Source of the DNA: Candidatus Micrarchaeaceae archaeon
Lineage (GTDB): Archaea > Micrarchaeota > Micrarchaeia > Micrarchaeales > CABMGC01
Direction of reading: 5' to 3'
NCBI GenBank assembly: GCA_038881455.1
Contig: JAVZPT010000001.1
Location: 1 to 48,040 of the forward strand
Length of the DNA stretch: 48,040 nucleotides
Positions within the stretch are counted from its first letter, which is position 1. Every line of letters begins with the position of its first letter. This document shows, piece after piece, positions 1-7,322 of the stretch. Made by a program: the position numbers and the translations under genes. Under the pieces are notes generated by a model. It made no database searches. It saw nothing but the letters and a program-made list of their open reading frames with translations, and was not told the origin of the DNA.

Positions 1-101
1 AGGCATTTCAGAGGTTCTGGGTTTATCGCATGTTGCAGTCATATATGGGTTGGCTGCAAAGTTTTAGTGAATAGTATTCGTTGTACCGAAAGAAAATACC
101 T

Positions 102-125
102 ATTCAACAAAGCATTCAACAAAGC
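102..125. repeat. Perfect tandem duplication of a 12-nt unit (ATTCAACAAAGC x2) upstream of the L41e ORF
   Basis: Read directly from the sequence: 102-113 and 114-125 are identical. Confidence 0.9.
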
Positions 126-180
126 AATATTAAAATGTTTGTTTGCTAATATGTTTGCATTTAAAGGATAAGCTCGCAAG

Positions 181-303
181 GTGCATGCTTTGGGTAGCAT
201 ACCTAGAAAATGGAAGAAGAAAGGCCGTATGCGCTGGAAATGGCTTAAAAAAAGAAGGAAGCGCATAAGAAGGGCACAGAAGAGGAGAGTAGGCAAGCTC
301 TGA
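181..303 (+). CDS. rpl41e: 50S ribosomal protein L41e (small ORF absent from the supplied track)
   Basis: Own translation from GTG 181 (alternative ATG 229) to TGA 301-303 gives (M)HALGSIPRKWKKKGRMRWKWLKKRRKRIRRAQKRRVGKL. It is extremely Arg/Lys-rich and has the RKWKKKGRMRWKW.KKR core typical of L41e. An in-frame TAA at 169-171 bounds the 5' end. The minus-strand track ORF 39..296 covering it looks like a shadow ORF. Confidence 0.6.
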   Translation: MHALGSIPRKWKKKGRMRWKWLKKRRKRIRRAQKRRVGKL

Positions 304-308
304 CGCTT

Positions 309-935
309 ATGCTGATAATAGGCTTGGACCTTGCGGGCAGCGAGCTGAGGCCAACAGGCTTTTGCAAACTTTCCGTAAAGGGCAGCGTTTCAGAAGCGAC
401 TACGAAGGTGCTTTACAGCAACTCCGAGATACTTGACGAGCTTCTAGCACTTGAGCCAAAGCCTGGCGTTGTCAGCATAGACGCGCCGCTTTCGATTCCG
501 AAAGGCAGGCGCAGCATAAGCGATAGGCGCGGACCGCACTTCAGGGCTTGCGACCTAGAGCTTATGTCGATGCATATAAAGTTCTTCCCCATTACTCTTG
601 GCCCGATGCGCATGCTTACAAAAAGGGGCATGCTGCTCAAGGAAAAGCTAGAAAAGCTGGGCTTGCGAGTAATAGAGAGCTTCCCTGGCGGCGCGCAGGA
701 CCTTCTTGGCATTCCGCGAAAGCAAGAGGGTCTGGCAAGGCTTAGACGCGAACTTGTAAGAATGGGCATTGAAGGCATAGGCGTTCATGCGACAGGCGAT
801 GAGCTAGACGCAGCAACATGCGCGCTTATCGGCAAGTACTATTTGGAAGGCAATTACATTAGCCTAGGCAACAGAGAAGAAGGCTTGCTTATAATGCCCA
901 TGCCAAAGCCACCAAGAGCCAGCACTAAAGGCTAA
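309..935 (+). CDS. RNase H-fold predicted nuclease (DUF429/COG2410-like)
   Basis: The N-terminal 'MLIIGLDLAG', central 'VVSIDAPLSIP' and C-terminal 'GDELDAATCALIG' follow the acidic-residue pattern of the DUF429 family. It starts 6 nt after the L41e stop. Confidence 0.45.
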   Translation: MLIIGLDLAGSELRPTGFCKLSVKGSVSEATTKVLYSNSEILDELLALEPKPGVVSIDAPLSIPKGRRSISDRRGPHFRACDLELMSMHIKFFPITLGPMRMLTKRGMLLKEKLEKLGLRVIESFPGGAQDLLGIPRKQEGLARLRRELVRMGIEGIGVHATGDELDAATCALIGKYYLEGNYISLGNREEGLLIMPMPKPPRASTKG

Positions 936-938
936 AGG

Positions 939-1538
939 CTAAACGTTGGCAATTGTGCGCTTCTGGTACCTGCCACGCAGTTCTACCTCCTTAAGCTTTC
1001 TGAGCACTTCGCTGCTCCTTTCAAATTCAGAATAGCCTTCAATAAAGCTTGCGTACTGCTCCCTGCTTATAGACCTTTTCATTAGCAATACGTCTAATGC
1101 AAACTCTTCAGCATCTTTGGAAAGCGAAGCAAGTCCGAAATCTATTGTGAATATGGCTCCGTTGTGCACTAGCAGGTTTGCTGGTGTAAAGTCGCCGTGC
1201 GCTATGCCGGCTCTGTGTAGCGCTGCAAGCTGCTTGCCTGCAAGCCTGAACAGGACAGGCCATGCCTCTTTCAGCATGTCGCGCAACGGCGTGCCCTCAA
1301 GCATTTGCATGTATATGCTGTATTTTCCGCGTGCTACCACTGCCGGCACAGCAGCGCCCAAAGACCTAGCAAGCAGCATTAGCTTTGCCTCTCTTTTTGT
1401 CCTGCTTGCCCTTATGAACGTGTCAAGCACCTCTTCCCTGTATGCTTTTCTTTTTCTCTCTTTTACAACCAGGTCTGTGCCTAAAATGCGCACCGAGTAA
1501 ATTACAGCTTCAGCGCCTTCACTAAGCTTTATTGCCAT
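939..1538 (-). CDS. bud32: Bud32/PRPK-type Kae1-associated serine/threonine kinase (KEOPS subunit)
   Basis: Small atypical kinase of 199 aa. Motifs include 'GAEAVIY', 'VVKERKRKAYR', 'LHRAGIAHGDFTPANLLV' and 'IDFGLA'. It overlaps the kae1 stop by 10 nt. Confidence 0.85.
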   Translation of the reverse strand: MAIKLSEGAEAVIYSVRILGTDLVVKERKRKAYREEVLDTFIRASRTKREAKLMLLARSLGAAVPAVVARGKYSIYMQMLEGTPLRDMLKEAWPVLFRLAGKQLAALHRAGIAHGDFTPANLLVHNGAIFTIDFGLASLSKDAEEFALDVLLMKRSISREQYASFIEGYSEFERSSEVLRKLKEVELRGRYQKRTIANV

Positions 1539-2503
1539 ACCATTGCCTCCTCTATTCTGTAGCGCTGCTCTACACTTGCACCATCTACAGGCACAGCGTA
1601 TCCGTGCTCTGCGGCCTTTCCTGCAACATACGCAATCATTGCCCCGTTGTCTGCGTTGTACTCGTTTGGCGCGTAGCCAAACTTTGCACCGTGCTCTTTT
1701 GAAAGCAAGCCAAGCATCTGCCTTAGCCTATCGCTCTGCGCAACGCCTCCACAGACGCAAAGTTCCTTGCTATTTGTCAGCAATAAGGCCCGTTCAGCAG
1801 CTTCGCATATCATGGCAAACGCCGTTTCCTGCAAAGAATAGCAAATGTCTTCAATTGATGCTTTGCCTATCTGCTTCTTCGCGTGCGTGAGCAGGCCGGT
1901 AAATGTGAAGTCCATGCCCTTCACAGTATAGGGCATTTCTATGTAATTGCCACGCTTTGCTAGCTTCGCCACAGTGGAGCCCCATGCAGGCACTAGGTGC
2001 GCAGCTCGGGCGAAGCTGTCAAGCATATTACCTACTCCGATATCGAACGTCTCGCCAAGCACAGAATAGTGCGAACCTGAAAGCTTCAGAATCTGTGAAT
2101 TGCCTCCGCTGACGTAGACTGCGATGGGATCGCTCAGCTTTGCGTGCGCTTTTGCTATCTCGATGTGCGCAACAGCATGGTTTACAGGCACAAGCGGAAC
2201 ATTAAGCGCATAGGCGAGCGCCTTAGCGGAGAGCATGCCTATCTGCAGGCACGTGCCTATTCCTGGACCTTTTGTATAGCCAACGCAACCTATGTCTTCT
2301 GGTTTTACACCTGCGCTGTGCAATGCCCTGCGTATAACCTTTGCTGCGTTCTTGGAATGAAATTCGGAGACCTCTGCCGGAATCATGCCTGTGCCGCGTA
2401 CATTATACATTTCTTTTTCGTTTGCGAGAATTTTTTGACTGGTCGTATCGAAAATGCCGACTCCAAAGGTGTGCGCGCTGCTCTCTATCCCGATAACGAT
2501 CAC
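1529..2503 (-). CDS. kae1: tRNA N6-adenosine threonylcarbamoyltransferase Kae1 (KEOPS catalytic subunit)
   Basis: Motifs are 'IGIESSAHTFGVGI', 'VNHAVAHIE' (His metal site) and 'LCVCGGVAQSDRLR'. Length is 324 aa and it is adjacent to bud32. Confidence 0.9.
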   Translation of the reverse strand: MIVIGIESSAHTFGVGIFDTTSQKILANEKEMYNVRGTGMIPAEVSEFHSKNAAKVIRRALHSAGVKPEDIGCVGYTKGPGIGTCLQIGMLSAKALAYALNVPLVPVNHAVAHIEIAKAHAKLSDPIAVYVSGGNSQILKLSGSHYSVLGETFDIGVGNMLDSFARAAHLVPAWGSTVAKLAKRGNYIEMPYTVKGMDFTFTGLLTHAKKQIGKASIEDICYSLQETAFAMICEAAERALLLTNSKELCVCGGVAQSDRLRQMLGLLSKEHGAKFGYAPNEYNADNGAMIAYVAGKAAEHGYAVPVDGASVEQRYRIEEAMVWQ

Positions 2504-2702
2504 GTGTTCACCCTACCATAAGGCAAGAAGCGCACGCTTACTCTAGACTGCATGTTTACAATATGGTGTTGCTATTTTAAAATTATAAAATGTTGCATGC
2601 CTGACCTTTCTGCTGGCGCAAGAAACAGATTAGGATCTGCGCGCTGAAGCTTTTACAATCGCTGGAAAGCCTGTTTTGTTATGCGCACACGATTTTGCTT
2701 AA

Positions 2703-3227
2703 TTATTGCTTCTCTACATTATACTTTATCAGCTTGTTGCTGCTTGGAGAATCAAAGTAAAATTCAGCCCTAAACCTTTTCTCGTTGAAAAGCAGAGGAA
2801 GCCACAGCCTGTCGGCTTCTGAATGCACAGAGAACGCGTCGTGAGCACTAAGCCACGCTATGCTTACAGAATCCTTCTTTTTGCCTGAAAATTCCCTTGA
2901 GTACAAGACAAAAACAAGCTCGTTTTCTATGCTAGCCTGCTCGTAGACTATGAAAAGCTCTCCGAGGAGTACGAGCGAGTCCAGCACAAGCCCCGTAAGC
3001 TCGTACACCTTTCTTGCTGCTGCTTGCTTTGGGCTCTCGCCGGAGCTTATCTTGTCGCCTATTGCGCTCCAGCCGTTGCTGCCCTTGAGCATCAAAACCT
3101 CGCTGCCGTTTGACACGTAGCACAGGAAGGACCTTTTTGTAGTCGCTACTGCGCTGCCTCTTTTAATGCTCGTTGCAAGCTCGCCTTTGGTCCTTGCCGT
3201 GATACGCTTTGGTTTAACCGCGTACAC
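2703..3227 (-). CDS. Nudix-fold protein, MTH1/NUDT1-like, with a degenerate Nudix box
   Basis: 'GDKISSGESPKQAAARKVYELTGL' aligns position by position with the MutT box GGKIEMGETPEQAVVRELQEEVGI. The C-terminal 'DRLWLPLLFNEKRFRAEFYF' resembles the MTH1 'SYWFPLLLQKKKFHGYFKF' motif. It begins 4 nt after the trpS stop. Confidence 0.6.
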   Translation of the reverse strand: MYAVKPKRITARTKGELATSIKRGSAVATTKRSFLCYVSNGSEVLMLKGSNGWSAIGDKISSGESPKQAAARKVYELTGLVLDSLVLLGELFIVYEQASIENELVFVLYSREFSGKKKDSVSIAWLSAHDAFSVHSEADRLWLPLLFNEKRFRAEFYFDSPSSNKLIKYNVEKQ

Positions 3228-3231
3228 AGAA

Positions 3232-4353
3232 TCACTTGTTTTTAAGAATGAATTCAGCGAGCCTATCTTTAACCTTTTCTTTGTTTTTGTTGTGCTCCTC
3301 TACAAACCTTATTACCTTCTTGACAAGGTCTTCCTTGTGCTCCCCTGCAAGCAAGGTGCCGTTGCGCTCGCCATCGAAAATTGCCTCTAGCTTCGCATCA
3401 TCAGGCTCAAACAAAAACTTGTTGTACTGGCACACAGAGCAAATATCAGGATTTCCGCCATACTTGTGCTGCAGCTCTGCTGTCGCTTGTTGGCCTGTAA
3501 ACGCATTCATCACCTTTTTTCTTATTGCCTCTTTGGAGTCTGACAGATAGATCGTATCGTTTGGATTGCTTGCAGACATCTTAGGCGTTCCGCTAAGGCC
3601 CGGAAGGAACTTTGAATGCAGTATCGCAGGCTTGTAGTAGCCAAGCTTTGGAAGCACGTCGCGCGATATTCTGAAGTGAACGTCTTGGTCGACGCCAAGC
3701 GGTATAAGGCACGGAACGTTCTTTCCTTCTTCTGCAGACTTGAGCATTGCAGGAACAGCCTGCATGCTTGTATAGAATATGCTTCCAACGTTATTCTGGT
3801 TGGTAAAGCCGAAGGCATCTTTTATCATGGAAAAGGTTATGTGCTTTGCAATTCTCACAGCATACTTATAAAGCGTTCCGGCGTATTCTGTATCAAGAAA
3901 AATCTTCGTTTTCTTCGGATCAAAGCCTAGTGCCGCTATATCTAGCGCATCTTCGTAGGCAAGGTTGTGAACCTCTTCGAAGCTTTTATCGCGTATCAGC
4001 GCCTTTTCCTCATCAGGTATTTGTATGTACACTTCGGCTCCAAACCGCTCTTGAAGCCACCTTGTCAGCATGAAAGGAATCATATGGCCTATAGTCATGT
4101 GCCCTGACGGCGCAATGCCGGTATATACGTAAAACCTGTTTCCTTTCTCATATTCGTCAAGAAGCCAGCCCAAGTCCCTTTGCGCAAAAAATACGCCGCG
4201 CTTCAGCAGAAAGTGGAGCTCGCCACCTGCAAGGTCCCTAAGCCTTTCTAGAAGCGCGCCGCTTATGGGCGTTATTCCAAATTCCCTTACGAGCTTGTCG
4301 TAGTCAACTGAACCCTTTACTTCATACGGCGTTACCTTGAACTCTTCGCGCAT
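3232..4353 (-). CDS. trpS: Tryptophan--tRNA ligase (archaeal/eukaryotic type)
   Basis: Motifs are 'FKVTPYEVKGSVDYDKLVREFG', a HIGH-like 'SGHMTIGHMIPF' and 'KMSASNP'. The track ORF extends to a TTG at 4416. In-frame ATGs lie at 4377 and 4353. I prefer 4353 (MREEFKVTPY...) because of a TATA-like AATATTTAAAA on the minus strand at 4383-4393. The start remains uncertain. Confidence 0.9.
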   Translation of the reverse strand: MREEFKVTPYEVKGSVDYDKLVREFGITPISGALLERLRDLAGGELHFLLKRGVFFAQRDLGWLLDEYEKGNRFYVYTGIAPSGHMTIGHMIPFMLTRWLQERFGAEVYIQIPDEEKALIRDKSFEEVHNLAYEDALDIAALGFDPKKTKIFLDTEYAGTLYKYAVRIAKHITFSMIKDAFGFTNQNNVGSIFYTSMQAVPAMLKSAEEGKNVPCLIPLGVDQDVHFRISRDVLPKLGYYKPAILHSKFLPGLSGTPKMSASNPNDTIYLSDSKEAIRKKVMNAFTGQQATAELQHKYGGNPDICSVCQYNKFLFEPDDAKLEAIFDGERNGTLLAGEHKEDLVKKVIRFVEEHNKNKEKVKDRLAEFILKNK

Positions 4354-4442
4354 GCAATCAGCATTTTTGCTTCTCATTAATGTTTTAAATATTCTGTGCA
4401 CAGCGTGCAAAGCCAACAGGCGCAGTTGCCAACAAGGTCAAG

Positions 4443-4452
4443 TATTTAAATA
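4443..4452. promoter_or_regulatory. Palindromic TATA-like element TATTTAAATA in the divergent trpS / hypothetical-gene gap
   Basis: It is a perfect 10-nt palindrome. It sits about 27 nt upstream of ATG 4479 on the plus strand, which would fit a leaderless mRNA. Confidence 0.35.
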
Positions 4453-4457
4453 TTGCA

Positions 4458-4898
4458 ATGCATATGTATTACGGTTCTATGCCCAATAGGTCCGTATTGA
4501 ACAAATACGCCCTATTCGCCTCGGAGGTTCAGAAAGTAAGGAGGAAGAAGGAGCTTACAAAGTCAGACTTGGAGATTGTAGAAAAGGCGAGGCTTTTCGC
4601 GCTGCTTTCTTCAAACCATTCTTGGCACGTTTATAGATTCCTGCACGGCGACACACTTGACAAGGAAGCCATAGCCAACGAGACTAGGAACGCAATAAAC
4701 GAAAACTGGAAAGACATAAGCGAAGACGAGATGCACGAGGTCATAACATCGCAGATAAGCGAAAGCACTTTCTCTATGCTGCTCATGTCTATGCCGTTGA
4801 GCCAGGAGGAGCGGAAGCGGTACCAAGAACTTCTGCCAAGGCTCAAGGAAGAGTTCGCGAACGGAATGGAGCCGATTAAGCGAGAAGAAGAGGCCTGA
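4458..4898 (+). CDS. Hypothetical acidic helical protein
   Basis: The ORF is 146 aa with no motif I recognise. The likely true start is ATG 4479 (MPNRSVLNKY...), given the TATA position. Confidence 0.5.
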   Translation: MHMYYGSMPNRSVLNKYALFASEVQKVRRKKELTKSDLEIVEKARLFALLSSNHSWHVYRFLHGDTLDKEAIANETRNAINENWKDISEDEMHEVITSQISESTFSMLLMSMPLSQEERKRYQELLPRLKEEFANGMEPIKREEEA

Positions 4899-5027
4899 AC
4901 CTTTTCCTTGAATTCTGCGTAAGCACTCGTTTATAAAAGTGAGCGGGAACCATATTCTTCGGCTAGGTGCTGAGAGCGAACCGCAGAAACGCGTATAAGA
5001 TTTAAGATGCATGAAAATATGACTGTC

Positions 5028-5414
5028 ATGAAAACTGCACATAAATACCGCGCATATCCTTCAATGGATCAGAAGGCAAAATTAGACAGTCAAATGTTCC
5101 TCGCAAAAATTCTCAACGCTCTTCTTCTTGAAAAATCAAAAGCGTATTACAAAGAAACAGGGAAGGCGCTCACTGAGTACAGAACTAACTTCTGGATATG
5201 TGATAAATGTGTGGTGTCAAAAGACAGAACAAATGCATCGATGAATATGCTCAGGCGCGGAATAAGCGCAAGAGCTACCGAAGGGCATTCGGGAAGTCAA
5301 GCCTGTGGAGACAACGCAAGGCCTTCCGCAACTGAGGCAGTTGCCGGCGAAGCAGGGACTATACTGGTGCATCATGGCAATCAATCAAGCCACCCTGGAA
5401 GCTTCCAACCTTAA
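5028..5414 (+). pseudogene. tnpB: Internally deleted IS200/IS605-family (IS1341-like) TnpB/OrfB remnant
   Basis: The N-terminal 'KTAHKYRAYPSMDQKAKLDSQMF...AYYKETGKALTEY' matches the TnpB N-terminus (compare ISDra2 'KAFVVRLYPNAAQ...AYKESGKGLTY'). It is fused directly to a C-terminal zinc-ribbon/RuvC-III piece, 'WICDKCVVSKDRTNASMNMLRRG'. In that piece the DRD motif has degenerated to DRT. About 300 aa of the middle of the protein are missing. Confidence 0.6.
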
Positions 5415-5455
5415 GTTGGGAGAGGGTGTCACATTTGCTAGTATGAAGTATTAGC

Positions 5456-5530
5456 GGGCATGTGGCGCAACTTGGACAGCGCGCCCGGCTTCGGACCGGG
5501 TGGTTGCGGGTTCAAATCCCGTCATGCCCG
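5456..5530 (+). tRNA. tRNA-Arg: tRNA-Arg (anticodon UCG)
   Basis: Hand-folded cloverleaf. Acceptor stem is GGGCATG/CATGCCC. D stem is GCGC/GCGC with an AACTTGGACA loop. Anticodon stem is CCCGG/CCGGG with loop C-T-TCG-G-A. T arm is GCGGG-TTCAAAT-CCCGT. Discriminator is G and no CCA is encoded. Confidence 0.85.
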
Positions 5531-5589
5531 GATTCTGCTTGGCAAGCAATTTTAGGCATTTAGGGCTCACTACGCTATGTATTTAATCT

Positions 5590-6198
5590 TTGCATTGCAT
5601 GTATATCGTGGCAGAGCGAAGAAACAAGGCTGAAGAGCTTAAACGACAGTCCAATCTTTACTTAACAATAATAATGCGCTACAAGGACTACATAGAACAA
5701 GAAGAAAACATGAGCGTCGCAATGCTGCCGATGCTTGTGACGCCCGAGGATCCTGCAATTCTTGCTTTTGCGGAAGACATAAAGGCAGGTTTCGGCAACT
5801 ACTCGTTTGAAAGTAACTTTGTTGCCGCGGCAACGCGCGCGCATGAATTTGTAACGAACAAGATAACTACTGTTTCTTTGCCTGTTCAGTTCTGGCTTAA
5901 GCCTAGCGAAACCCTTGCTGCACGGGCAGGAGACGTTCTAGACAAGGCGACTCTGCTGTGCAGCGTTATGATAGCCCTAGGCAATCTTTCAACTAAGATA
6001 ATAGCTGTTTCGAACGACTCCTCTATGCGCACAGGCGTATATTGCGAGTTCGCTGGCGGGCTCCTCTACTTTGACCTGCAAAATGGCATCCGCACATTCA
6101 GCAGCAAAGAAGAACTTGAAAAAGAGATAGGCGTAAGCAAAGGAAGCGAAGTTACTGCTTACGAATTCAACAACACGATGTATAACGACCTGCTATGA
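5590..6198 (+). CDS. Hypothetical protein with a transglutaminase-like core lacking the catalytic Cys
   Basis: 'PSETLAARAGDVLDKATLLCSVMIALG' follows the transglutaminase-core pattern (..tl..r.G.C.dfA.l..allRalG), but the nucleophile position is not Cys. The track start at 5590 is TTG. ATG 5674 (MRYKDY...) is more likely. Confidence 0.45.
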   Translation: MHCMYIVAERRNKAEELKRQSNLYLTIIMRYKDYIEQEENMSVAMLPMLVTPEDPAILAFAEDIKAGFGNYSFESNFVAAATRAHEFVTNKITTVSLPVQFWLKPSETLAARAGDVLDKATLLCSVMIALGNLSTKIIAVSNDSSMRTGVYCEFAGGLLYFDLQNGIRTFSSKEELEKEIGVSKGSEVTAYEFNNTMYNDLL

Positions 6199-6263
6199 CG
6201 CTGGAGCGCACTGCTTTGCGCAAACAACCGCATGGATAATAATTTATTTTTGTTGCTTGTATT

Positions 6264-7322
6264 ATGCACGGTACAATGTACGGCTTTAATTTTGATGCTT
6301 CTGCTAATATTCAAAACGACAGCCTTTCGGCCACTGAAGAGCTTTTCAAGCCGCGCATTGCTGTTGTAGGCGTTGGCGGCGGAGGCAACAACACTGTGCA
6401 GAGGCTAAGCTCAATGGACATAAAAGGAGCTAGCCTGTTTGCTTTCAACACTGATGCTAAGCACCTAGGCATGCTAAACAACAACATAACAAAGCTAATA
6501 CTGGGAAAAGAGCTCACGCATGGGCTTGGCGCCGGCGGTTTTCCAGAGATAGGCGAAAAGGCCGCAGAGCTGAGCAGGAACGAGGTGGCTTTGCTTATAA
6601 GGGACGCGAACCTTGTGTTCCTTACCGCAGGCATGGGCGGAGGCACTGGCACAGGCGCTGCGCCGGTGGTCGCAAGGTCTGCTAAGGAAGCTGGTGCTAT
6701 AGTTATAGGCATAGTAACCATGCCATTCTCGCTAGAACGTGTAAGGCTTGAAACAGCGAAGAAGGGTGTTGAAAAGCTTAGGGAAAACGTAGATACGCTC
6801 GTTGTTATAGACAACCAGAGGCTTGTTGATCTTTACCCCAACTTGCCCATAGAGAAAACGTTCATGCTTGCAGATGAGATAGCGGCAAAGGCAGTAAGGG
6901 GCATATCTGAGACGATAACGCAGCCGAGCCTGATAAACCTTGACTTCGCAGACGTGCGCAGCATAATGTCTGCAGGCGGGCTTGCTATGATAAGCGTTGG
7001 CGAAGGGCACGGTTCTAACAAAGTTAGCGAAGTTGTTGAGAACACGCTAAAGAACAAGCTCCTTGATGTCGACTATTCAGGCGCAACCGGCGTTTTGATC
7101 CATATTATAGGCGGTCCCGACCTCACGCTTGGGGAGGCGAACGAAATAGGCACAAAGCTCACAGAGCGCATATCGCCTAATGCGAACGTCACTTGGGGCG
7201 CAAGGCTTGACGATACCTACGAAGGAAAGGTTGAAATAATAGCGATTTTTACTGGCGTATCTGGCGCTTCTGTAATTGGCAAGAAAGAAGAGCGCCAGGG
7301 CCTTGGACTAGATTCATTGTAA
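6264..7322 (+). CDS. ftsZ: Cell division GTPase FtsZ
   Basis: Motifs are 'IAVVGVGGGGNNTV', the tubulin signature 'GMGGGTGTGAAPVVA' and 'NLDFADV'. The start may be ATG 6276. It overlaps the convergent leuS by 9 nt. Confidence 0.95.
   Translation: MHGTMYGFNFDASANIQNDSLSATEELFKPRIAVVGVGGGGNNTVQRLSSMDIKGASLFAFNTDAKHLGMLNNNITKLILGKELTHGLGAGGFPEIGEKAAELSRNEVALLIRDANLVFLTAGMGGGTGTGAAPVVARSAKEAGAIVIGIVTMPFSLERVRLETAKKGVEKLRENVDTLVVIDNQRLVDLYPNLPIEKTFMLADEIAAKAVRGISETITQPSLINLDFADVRSIMSAGGLAMISVGEGHGSNKVSEVVENTLKNKLLDVDYSGATGVLIHIIGGPDLTLGEANEIGTKLTERISPNANVTWGARLDDTYEGKVEIIAIFTGVSGASVIGKKEERQGLGLDSL

Noticed and set aside
1-171. Plus-strand frame 1 is open from the window edge to TAA 169-171. A minus-strand ATG at 42 also reads out of the window.
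   Set aside because: The plus-frame translation is Cys/Phe-rich and resembles no protein I know. Only 14 codons of the minus-strand candidate are visible. The evidence is too thin to call a partial CDS.
39-296. An 85-aa minus-strand ORF at the left end of the window
   Set aside because: It lies antisense to the L41e ORF. Its composition is hydrophobic and low-complexity, with no motif I recognise. It is best explained as a shadow of the Lys/Arg codon run on the plus strand.
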